NCBI RefSeq assembly: GCF_902713615.1
Contig: NC_052159.1
Span: forward strand, 33,841,709 to 33,905,708
From: Scyliorhinus canicula
Lineage: Eukaryota
Direction of reading: 5' to 3'
DNA length: 64,000 nt
Made by a program: the position numbers and the translations under genes
Shown here: piece by piece, positions 51,359 to 61,448 of the stretch
Layout of the letters: every line of letters begins with the position of its first letter
Position numbering within the stretch: the first letter of the stretch is position 1
The notes under the pieces: generated by a model
The model's database searches: none
Told to the model about the DNA's origin: nothing
The model's input: the letters and a program-made list of their open reading frames with translations, nothing else

Positions 51359-52349
51359 ATCTTTTTAAATGCATTTTTAGATTTTTTAACTTTTTAACTG
51401 CATTTTTCAGCTTGCATTTTACTTGCATTTCATCAATTACTTGCATTTTAGCAATTAAATTCACTTGCTGTATTGTGCCTGCTTTCTATCAATTAAATGC
51501 TTTTATACGGAGTTGATTTGTAATTGGTTAATTGGACGAAGTGACGTTGGACCAAAAGACGGGCGGACAAAAAGACGTTGTACCAAAAGACGTGGACGAA
51601 GTGTCGTTGACGAAATGACGTCGGACGAAAAGACGCGACACGGGTGCAGACTACCTTTAGATTGCTGCTGGGTGTTTCAAGCACTCCCAACCCCCACCCC
51701 CAACAGGTGAAATGCCTAGCAGGATGTTAACTGAGGAGATTAAAATGGTCCAAGCCTCCTGCCAATACATAACATGACATTTGCCACTGCAATCTCTTTA
51801 AAATGAGAAAGAAGTGGTACTGTTATCAGGTAATTGTTTCTGTTTATTTTGTTCCAGAGACATTTCACGTTCTTCAAAATTTGATTTCAATTATTGCAAT
51901 TATGAACAGGAATCAAACGTAGCAAAATAATCCTGAACTAGGATAACTTTCTAAAATAAACCGCTTCGGAAAATATCAATTGTTTATTCCTTTTTTTCAC
52001 GACTCTGCAATTGGCCCTGTCAGAATTCCGGTGGTAGATTTACTGGAAGGTTCTGCTGGACTTTCACTGGAGTTACCGCACTAAGATTCTTTGCAAACAT
52101 TTGGGAGTGAGGTTTCTTTTTGAGAGGCACACAATCTAGGTTTACACTTCATTGCTTGCGGTGGAAGTGTTGTACTGTCCAGTGAGCCACTTTACATCAT
52201 AAAGCTTGCCCTTATCTATATGTAAAATATCCCATGTTACAATTTGCCAAGAGCAAAATTGTAACATGGGATAACCAAGAGTTCTCCCATTGTCCTGGCC
52301 AGCAATCTCCTTCAAACAATACCACCGCCAAAAAAATGGCATGTTCTTT

Positions 52350-52512
52350 CATTCATTTGCTGCTTGTGGGATCTTGCTGTGTGCAAACTGGCAGCAACTT
52401 TTTGCCAAGATAAACACAGTGACAGCACTTCAGAAGTAACCTATTGGCTGTAAAGTGCTTTGGGACATCAGCAGGATGTGATAAGGTGCTAAATAAATAC
52501 AAGATCTTTTTT
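52350..52512 (+). mobile_element. Deu-domain SINE 3' part
   Basis: TGTGGGATCTTGCTGTGTGCAAACTGGC..ATTGGCTGTAAAGTGCTTTGGGAC..AAATACAAG. Confidence 0.72.
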
Positions 52513-54359
52513 ACCCCCCTCATGATTAGATCTGCAGATAATAAAGTTGACCAATACAAATTAGAACCAAATTTTCTCTAATTTGGTGATGTTAATGTAT
52601 CAATTAAAAGAAATAGCAAACAACGGCATGATACTCCCTTCTTTGTCTCAAGGACATCTAGATTGGGTTGCATCATGATAGCCTGCTTTACATAACGCAA
52701 CCAACATGATGTTGACTCAGCAGATACCGAGGTGCACATTTCACTTGCTGTGGGCTTGTACCAGGCAGGAAATTCCTATTCATTAATCCCAAATTATCGT
52801 TGCAAATGCACTTTTATTTATAAATAAAGGAAAAGTTCCTGATTTCCACTTGTGACCTTTTGCAAAGGGTGCTACAAAGCAAGGAACACCACTCGGTATT
52901 TTATCAATTCACAAAGTAGGCACAGATCAGGAAGGTCAATGAGCCCCTTAACTTGTCCATTCAGGTAAAGCCTACAGCCCTGCTAACATGGAATCCAGTC
53001 GTTTCATGAATGTATTCAAAGTTTTTGCCTCCACTGTCCTAGCCTGAAATGTGTTGAGTGTTCTTGAGTGTGAAGAACTTTCTGACATCAGTCCTAAATT
53101 TGCCTTTGCCCCTTTTGAATGAGTCGCAGTGTCACAGTAGTAATTTAATTATTGCGTATTTTTAGAAGAGGCAGGAAGGAAAACTCCCGTAAGTATGGTC
53201 CAGAGATTAAGGGTTGGAAATAAGGCCTATAGATTGTTGCCTACGATGTGTAATAATATATCTACAACAATTACAAATTCTGGATTTGAATGAGTAAATT
53301 CCAAAGGAGCATTTGAACAGTCTACATACATTATAAAGAATGGGAGCCCAAGATAATCTAATACTGGTCAAATTGTGAATCCTTTTATAACACCAATTCA
53401 TTCTCAGTGTTGTTTCTCTTGTCTCTCCTTCCATTTCTCTTCTTTTCTTTCTCTCTACATCTCTGTTTCTTTCCCCTTGTCCTTTAGTCTTGATCGTTTC
53501 CATTTTCGGCCTATTTTCTCTTTGGTGGAAGCTGCTGGATAGTATGGTCAAGAAAGAAACCACCAATAGCTGCATTTGAGGTGGAATTGTGGTGAAAATG
53601 TAGTCACCATCTTCAATTTCTGCATGTCCCCCCCCCCCCCCCCCCTCCCAATCAGTCTGCTTTCCTCTACCCCTTCACTCCCATTGCATCCCTTACCACC
53701 TGCGTACTACTTCCTCCAGTTGCTACCACACTCTGATTCCCACGACTACACCAATGTATTATTCCTTCTTCCTTGCTCACTTGTCACTCACCTAGATCTC
53801 AACCGACCATCCAGAAACCTGTGCTGGCCAATAGAGGGAAAGCTGTTCCCTTGACCTTGTGCATTGAAGGGTGGGGATTTGGGGGGTGGGGATTTGGGGG
53901 GGGGGGGGGGGGGTGTGCAGGATTGAATGGTGATTCAGGTAAAGTCTGGACTAATGAACGTTGGTGAGAGATTTTAGATGGGTAGTAAGGTCCCCAGTCT
54001 CCTCAATGTTTAGAAATGAAACAGATGCCCTGGAGCTGGAATACTAGGTCCACTAGTTGTGGAGAGGTAGGTGTTTGTGACAAAAGTAAGAGTCCAGTGG
54101 ACAGGTGACAGACAGGTGTGTAAAGTACCAAAAATGTAGGTTTGTACAACTGAAGTTATAAACTTGCCAAGGTGCCAAGCGGCGATCGGTCTGGGAGTGC
54201 CCTGCACGGGTGTTGGGGGAGGATTCGGGGTGATGGGGGTGGTGTTGCTGTGGGACTTTGTTCCTATTTAGTTAAATCGTGCCCAATGATTCAGCAGGGG
54301 AATAGGAGACCTCAAGGCAAACTCTCAGAAGGGAATGTGTGCAGGTGGGAAGGGAGGTA

Positions 54360-57300
54360 AATTCCTAGAGTCTGACACTGAAGGCCTGACAGCTCTCCAG
54401 GAAGAGGTTCAGCAACCTTGCAAGGATGGTCAAGGTAAGTGAATGCTGAACATCTCCTACCCACCGCAACACCAACCACTTATGAAGCTCAATACACTAC
54501 AACCCCACTGTTTACTCATCAGCAATCTAAAGATGTGGAGTGGCTGTGATAAATTGCCACTTCGTGTCCAAAGGTTAGGTGGGGTTATGAGGATAGGCTG
54601 GGGGATTGAACCTAGGTAGGATGCTCTTTTGGAGGGCCGGTGCAGACACGATGGGCCAAATGGCTTCCTTCTGCACTGCAGGGGATTCTATGGATTCTGT
54701 AGCTGTCAGCACTCAAACCTAACATTTATGAAAATCGCTTATTGTCACAGGTAGGCTTCAATGAAGTTACTGTGAAAAGCCCCTAGTCGCCACATTCCGG
54801 CGCCTGTTCGGGGGAGGCTCCATCTCATATTCACACAACTACCAATGCTACCAACCTCACATCCACCTTTTGTTGCTTCCACATACCTCCACCTATTCAG
54901 CTATGGTAGGCACATTGTTCAAACACATTGCTTCACATTCACAGATATTCTGTCTTCCCTCTTGCAGGGTAAAGGTGATCTATAACAGAAGAGAGTAGAG
55001 CAGAACCACAGGGGGACAGGCACATCTCCTTCACCTAAGGTGGAATCAATGCTCTGCATCATGGGGGCTCCTGTGACAAGGCCCATTGCATCTGATATCA
55101 CAGAGTATATTTAGTAATGTAAGAATGGTATGTTTTTGCCTTCCACTTCACAATTCTCCTGCTCTCTGGCAGAAAGAGCAAGTTGCAAATTTGTGACCAT
55201 GAACCACTTGCTTTCGATCCTACCTCTCCTTTCCTCAACCCAACCCACCCTCTTCAGCTTTTATGCTTTCAGAATCGCAGGAACTACATCTGACCAGCCA
55301 CTGCAGCCTCATGAGGAAGGGCCAGAGCTGCTACTGACCTCTGAGGAAGGTCACATGATCTGACACTTGCCACCACCAGTTTATATGCCGGCACTGCACA
55401 TACCTTAAGGGGGCAGTATAGAGGCAGGATCTGCACAAGGCGAGAAATGGCTAGATGTGGGTTGCAGACAGGCCAAGGGGAAAGGATAATGCACGTGCCA
55501 GCTCACCGGACCGTGATGTTGCCATTGGGTTCTGCTGCATTGATTGTCATGAACATCGAAATGCTTGGCATATTGGCAAAGGTGCCAAAGAGCCTGCCAT
55601 CACTGTCAAGGTAGCAGGGAGGAGCCTGGCTTCAACACGGCTCAGGCTTCGTATAGAGTTTGGAGCCAAACCTTTCCAGGGTGGAGGTAGGAGCCAGCTG
55701 CATAATAAACATGCTGCAGCTTCCTATGGCCAATGGCTCAGCTTCCACAGCGGGAACTGGAGAAGCCAGCCAACATCTCAGTGGAGGCTCAGACTGGGGT
55801 CTTCAGACCAATGTTTTCTTCCTCTGAGGCTCAGACCCCTGCCATCGTGGTTGCTGGTCTCAGTGCTGAAAGGTGCATTCTAGATCTCAAAGCAGTCCAG
55901 TCATCTGTCCTCCAATAGGGTTGCTTGAAGGAATAGCAGTGGTTCCACATCTGCTGTCCTCTCTCAGGGTGACTGCTTTCACGCTCCCACCACTGCCGCC
56001 CTCCCAGTGCCCTCTCGCCTCTCAGTAAACCAGTCCAGATTGATGCTGTCCAAAGCTGGACCTGCAAGGCCTGGGGTTACTTGAGAGTGCCCTGCAGGAC
56101 CAACTACACTTTCCCCCACTACAAGTCATGGTCGTGACAGCAGTGTATAGGAACACTGTGACAAGCAAAGGTACATGGAAGACTGCCACTTACAGAATCT
56201 ACAAGTGTAATTAGTTCAGGTTTGTACATAATATTGGAGGTGTTGTCGAATGAAAGGATTTTACTTCAGGATTTTGACCAAGTGGCAGCTGTGATGACAC
56301 AACGAATAGATTGAAAAGATGCAAAATGTGGAGGTAATGAGGTCATGTTTCAGGAGAAATGGAGTCTCATTGGTTACTCATGGACAGCTTGTCCAGAACA
56401 AAGGGTTCCTGGATCCTCATCCCTGCTTCCTCTTCCTTCTCCTGAGGTAGCCTCTTGATGCCTCCGGGTGGCAAGGGCTGTGCCCTCAAGATATTTTGAT
56501 GTAATAGAGGATGCAGCAGACCATTACAAACCTGGAAGATCCACTCTGATGCATTCTTGAGTGATCCAGGCAACCAAACAAATACATGAGGGTGCCAATG
56601 TTCCTTGTGACTCCATGGCTCTGCGTATTGTCCTCATGCAGTTGGGTGGCAGAGGAAGTCATGAGTAATGTTCACCCTGGATATCCCTTTTCTGCAAGAA
56701 GCCAGCCTTTGGTTCAGTCGTGTTGGCCCAAATATACTGGAACGAAGGTATTGTGGCTGCTGCTGGGATCGCAGGAATTCATCACTATGCTGCTCAGGGC
56801 ATGGCCGCACACCAACTGCATGTCGATGGAGTAGTACCTCTCACAGTTCCCTTACCTCTTATATGAGGAGTCTGAAGACCCATGTGCATATGTTCAAAGG
56901 AACCCATATTATTGGTAATTGGACAGCTTTGTCTAAGCTACATGTCTACTCCCTGTTTCTCTCTGTAATCCATACTATAACAACTGGTGCATTTATATGA
57001 CACCTTTAACAAGGTCCTTCATGGAGGTGTAGTCAGGGGAAAATCGACAATTCCGAGTATATCCACCTTAACATTTTTCGTCTCACACGCAGGACGATAG
57101 TTTAATTTGTTCAAATCACTGACATAAAACCGAGCCCCCACACAGATGCAAATGCATGAATGTATTGGGCAAAATGTTGCTTTTGTCGTGTCTGAAGGAC
57201 TGTTACATTGAGCAGATCAACTGGCTCTGCTGTCCAGTCAGGCTGATTCAGGTCAGCAGACAGAAGAGATCACCTGAGATAAGTATAAATCCTCCGAGCC

Positions 57301-57900
57301 CTACACAAAAACATACACCTGTAAAACCTTCTTGAAACCCCCTCCCATTCAAAATTGCACGCAAATCCATGAAGTGTACCTCTGGATGGGATAGAGGCAA
57401 CGAAAGACTATAGTGCACATGGCTGATGAATTCCAAATGGATCGGACTAACTCGATGCACTAAATGTCCTTCATTTATTCACACCTCCTTCTTCTTATTT
57501 GCTTTTTAATGCCTTCCTTATTCATAATGTTCACCTGAGGCATGATTAGAAGAAGCGTTCCTTAATATTGGAGCAAAAAAATGACTCCACCATGAGCCTG
57601 AATTGGATATTTCATTTGAAGGTGGAAATATCCTGACTGTCTTTATGCCAGTGATGGCTGCCAGATGCTCTATGTGATTGCTCTGAACTGTGCTTGATCC
57701 AAACCCACTCAATATCATGTCAGGCATTCTCAGAATAGACATGTCTCTGCACTGAGTGGAAATGATGAGGAAAGTAATAGCAACAGTCACAATACGGTTA
57801 GTGGAAGGTTGCAGCTTCAGATCTATCTGCCAAAGGCATGACATCATGTGGTCAATTATTTTGGCACCAAGGAGAATATGGCGTTGGATCAATGGCAGGT
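54360..57900. mobile_element. Third decayed two-gene Harbinger relic (Myb-like gene on +, transposase on -), with nested SINE pieces at 54530-54696 and 54727-54818
   Basis: RKRFSNLARMVK|GTAAG at ~54400-54440, exon after TTGCAG at 54967 (YNRRE*SRTTGG), and minus-strand CLDHS..VCCIL at ~56510-56575. Confidence 0.6.
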
Positions 57901-58421
57901 TGCAGTAATTCAGAGGAAACTCAATACGACTTCAAACTCACTTTGCTCTGTATAGCACAGCCAGACGTTCCACTTGCAAACCCATTAATGGATTAGTCTG
58001 AATGGCTGTGTGGTACATGCAGTGGCAGCTTGACATGACAATTGGCAATCCATTGTGAACCATGTTTGCTGGTATGTGTGCTTCCTGCACATTTGGAATA
58101 ACGCCTTATGGTGAAAACCTGGCCAAGGTTTGTGTAATTATGGCATTTCCAATTACACTTGAGATTTTCCCTTCCCAAAGTCCAATGATATCAAAAGCCT
58201 TATTGCTGAAAATCAAACAAATCTGGATAGTTCAGACCCTTATCCTCACTAGTTTGTGGGGTTTTTTCCCCTTTCTTTAAGCTTCCCTGTATTATTCTCC
58301 TCAGGCCTCTGCACATATTTTTTAATGTATCTTTGCCAGGGATGTGGGCATCACTGGCACCACCAGCATTTATTACCCTTCCCTAATTGCCCTTGAATTG
58401 AGTGGCTTGTTAAGAGGCCAT

Positions 58422-59390
58422 TGTAGCCACCTAAGATGGACACTGGGCTAACAAGATGGAGAACTGCTAAGACTGCAGGGAAAAAGCAGTTTAGCCAAGA
58501 CAAGCAGTCTGCAAAGACTGATTAGCATTTTGCAAGCAGCAAAACTAGTTTCTGTCTGGCCAGGTGGAAGATCTCAAACCAAAGGTGTTAATAGCAAAAC
58601 GCTTTGCATATTAATGAGGCAATCCAGATCTGGGCACACACAATGGCAACATTTGGGTTTGAATAGATACTTTAAGTGGATGTCCAGACAGAGCGGCACC
58701 AGAAGTATCCACCATAGAGACCGCCCCCTCCATCGAGGAGAGACCCTCACATTGGGGGAATTCAAAAGATATCGATTAGGATCTGATCCAATCGATACCT
58801 GAAGGTGAAAGCCCGCCCCAAAAAAGGCACGGACATTGGGGCCCTATAAAGATAGACCCCCACACATGGTCCTGTCTGTTGTTTTCGTGCTCCGGCTTTG
58901 ACTTCGACCCAGAACTTCGACTTGTATCCTGACTCCAGCCGTTGAGCAACAGCCGCCGAACCGTAAGTGACAATACGACGCTCGCTACGCGAACCAGCCC
59001 CACTAGACCCCCAGCGACCAGCACACTCTCTGAAGGTTACACACCAAGATCGAAACGAAGACCTCGCTCCCTGACCTTGCCTGTTCCTGTTTAGTTAAGT
59101 ATTCTGATTGCTTAGTTTAGTTGTAGCTTAGTCCCTTAGCGTGTGCATGCGTATTTATTATATTTGTAATAATAAATACTAATCGTTTGGAACTTACTAA
59201 TCGGTGTGTCGTTTTATTACTTTGAACCTAACCTTGGAATATTTGTGAGGTGTCTAGATACGGCACCTGGCGACTCCCGAGCTGAAAATACATACATAGA
59301 GCCTAGCAGTGTTAAGCACACGGCCTTTAAACGGAGGCGTGTTAATACACTCCAATAAACGCAAATTACACTCAAGTAAAACGTGCAACA
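58422..59390 (+). repeat. 5' LTR (969 bp)
   Basis: TGTAGC...GCAACA inverted termini, TATAAA at ~58844, AATAAA at 59171 and 59354. It interrupts a SINE after CCAT. Confidence 0.88.
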
Positions 59391-59395
59391 TTTAG

Positions 59396-59412
59396 TGGCG
59401 ACTCCGGTGGGA
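59396..59412 (+). promoter_or_regulatory. Primer-binding site, tRNA-Arg(UCU)
   Basis: TGGCGACTCCGGTGGGA is complementary (16/17) to the recalled vertebrate tRNA-Arg-TCT 3' end TCCCACCAGAGTCG-CCA. It starts 5 nt after the LTR's terminal CA. Confidence 0.8.
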
Positions 59413-59702
59413 AGCGGTTATAAGTAGTACCCCCACTCTGTCGAAGACCCTGAAATTTGAATTAGAAATCTGGTAAAGAAAAAGCAAAGAAATCACAAAT
59501 ATTCAAGGTGTTCAAAGGAATAAACGTAATTCGGAAGTGTGTTTAGTGCATGCGTACTAACAGGGTTGTAAGGAAAACCTGAAAGCATTTTTGTTGCGAC
59601 AAACTTTCGGTTGTTTTGTGAACGGAACATAGCGTAAGCCTTACCCGTTTCGTGAGACATAACCTCAACACCCCCTGTTCCAAATTAAAGTGAGTCAGAA
59701 AA

Positions 59703-61448
59703 ATGGCCATGCAGGCAATGGAACGCCTCATGAACCCAGAACGGTTTGTGGTTGCAGCGACCAGCAGTAGCCGAGTAGGTCAGTGTCCCGTGTGGGAGCT
59801 GGAACTCCGCAAGTATCTGCAAGGGAAGGGATGGCCCCTTTGGAAAGAGTTTTGTTTGAATGAGGAGACAGGTCCCGGAAGTATAGGACATACTTGGTGG
59901 GAGAACCTCTCTCAAATTCACAAGAAAAATATGAGTAAAGCACGTAAGCCGATGGCGATTGTGTCCTGTTTGGCACAATTGCGAGGCACAGAGGAGGTCG
60001 TTCAGACGCTCCGGGCAGAATTAGAGGAGAGAAATAGGATGAGTAAAGTGGATGTCAGGGACATCGAGAAAGAGAATACGGATCTTAGAGGGAAGTTGGC
60101 AGAGAAAGGTAGAAAGGTGGATGATGCCAAGAGGGCACATCAGTCTTGTCTAGCCCATCTCAGCAGTTCCCAGACCCAGTACGAAAAGGCCTATCAGGAC
60201 GTGCACCGTGCCGTCCTGATAAGAGAAGAATCAGAGAAGCAGGTGGAGGCTTTGCAGAGGCAATGCTCTGACCTTAAAGCAGCTTTGAGAGCACTCCATG
60301 CTGCCACCACAGAACAAAGACAGAGTACTGTAGACCATGCGAAATGCAGGAAGCAGATTGCGGAGCTGCAATCGCTGCTTTCAGTACAAAATGGGTTTCA
60401 AAGCACATTTGGAACGCAGTTAGATGAGGAGAATGCCCCAGACTGGAAAGAGTTAAGTGAGACAGCGCAGCGTTATGTTCAGGGGACATGTGCGCCAGCA
60501 GCGCAGCAGAAAAGACAAGCACCCCAACCCCCCACAGATCAGATAATTACCGTACCAATGAATCCAGTCACCACCCAACGGAAAGCGACCACAGAAGGCG
60601 CACCCGATATTACTTACACCATCCCCTTAACTGTAACCCAACTAAGGGACGCGTGTGAAAAGATCACTCCGTTTCTCCCCACCGCAGACCCCCACCAGTT
60701 TTTCGCAAAGGTAAAGCAACAGGCAACCATGTACGGCCTGGACGAAAGAGAGCAGGTTAAACTCACAGTTCTGAGTTTGGACCAATCGGTTGTAGCAGCC
60801 CTCCCCGACCCACAGAACGTTGGCGGAGGCACCCTAGAGGAAATGCACACCTCCATTTTAGATGCCATAGGGTATAATCGAGGTGACCCCGTAGAAGGAC
60901 TTAATAAGTGCCGACAGAAGAAAACCGAGCACCCCACAGCATTCGCAGGAAGGCTGTGGATCCATTTTAACGCAGTATTTGGCGATTTAAATAGAGCCCA
61001 TTTGAACCGTGAAAACATGGTTAAATGGACGCGCACCATAATTTCTCATGCAACAGAAGCAGGACAGAGCGCTTGCAACAGCTATGACCCCTCAGAGGAA
61101 GCCCATAATGAGAAGTGGGTCCTGAAAAGATTGTCCCGCGCTTGGGAGCAATCAGTTCAGGGCAGAGGCAAAGTGAAATCCCCAGAAGAAGCTCAGGCTG
61201 CAGCAGACATACAGGCAGTGAGAGAGCACCAAAACCCCGCGTGGGTGAATGAAGGAAAGAGCAGCCCTCCACAGAAGTCGCAGGAATGCTACAACTGTGG
61301 CCAGTTAGGACATTGGGCTAAGGAATGTAATGGACCCCAGAGATCACAGAGAGGCCAGCAGACAGGCACTCTGAACAGGAATAAAACAAAACCAATTCAC
61401 AGTATAGGCGTACAGTCAGGACCCACCAATGTGGACGGAACGAACTGA
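59703..61448 (+). CDS. gag: Gag polyprotein, 581 aa (N-terminal coiled coil, capsid with MHR-like motif, one CCHC knuckle)
   Basis: Intact ORF. Heptad-rich aa ~90-228, LNKCRQKKTEHPTAFAGRL (60900-60957) and CYNCGQLGHWAKEC (61287-61328). Confidence 0.93.
   Translation: MAMQAMERLMNPERFVVAATSSSRVGQCPVWELELRKYLQGKGWPLWKEFCLNEETGPGSIGHTWWENLSQIHKKNMSKARKPMAIVSCLAQLRGTEEVVQTLRAELEERNRMSKVDVRDIEKENTDLRGKLAEKGRKVDDAKRAHQSCLAHLSSSQTQYEKAYQDVHRAVLIREESEKQVEALQRQCSDLKAALRALHAATTEQRQSTVDHAKCRKQIAELQSLLSVQNGFQSTFGTQLDEENAPDWKELSETAQRYVQGTCAPAAQQKRQAPQPPTDQIITVPMNPVTTQRKATTEGAPDITYTIPLTVTQLRDACEKITPFLPTADPHQFFAKVKQQATMYGLDEREQVKLTVLSLDQSVVAALPDPQNVGGGTLEEMHTSILDAIGYNRGDPVEGLNKCRQKKTEHPTAFAGRLWIHFNAVFGDLNRAHLNRENMVKWTRTIISHATEAGQSACNSYDPSEEAHNEKWVLKRLSRAWEQSVQGRGKVKSPEEAQAAADIQAVREHQNPAWVNEGKSSPPQKSQECYNCGQLGHWAKECNGPQRSQRGQQTGTLNRNKTKPIHSIGVQSGPTNVDGTN

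Larger units (their letters stand above)
50637..51642 (+). mobile_element. Non-autonomous Mutator/MULE (foldback-type TIR) element
   Basis: ~110-bp TIRs built of ~15-bp (G/A)CGTCWTTTNGTCC units, a perfect 9-bp TSD GGTGCAGAC (50628-50636, 51643-51651), and an internal transposase C-terminal remnant. Confidence 0.88.

Noticed and set aside
61446-61448. Selenocysteine codon
   Set aside because: It sits at the gag-pol junction in a known leaky context, and no SECIS evidence is visible in the window.
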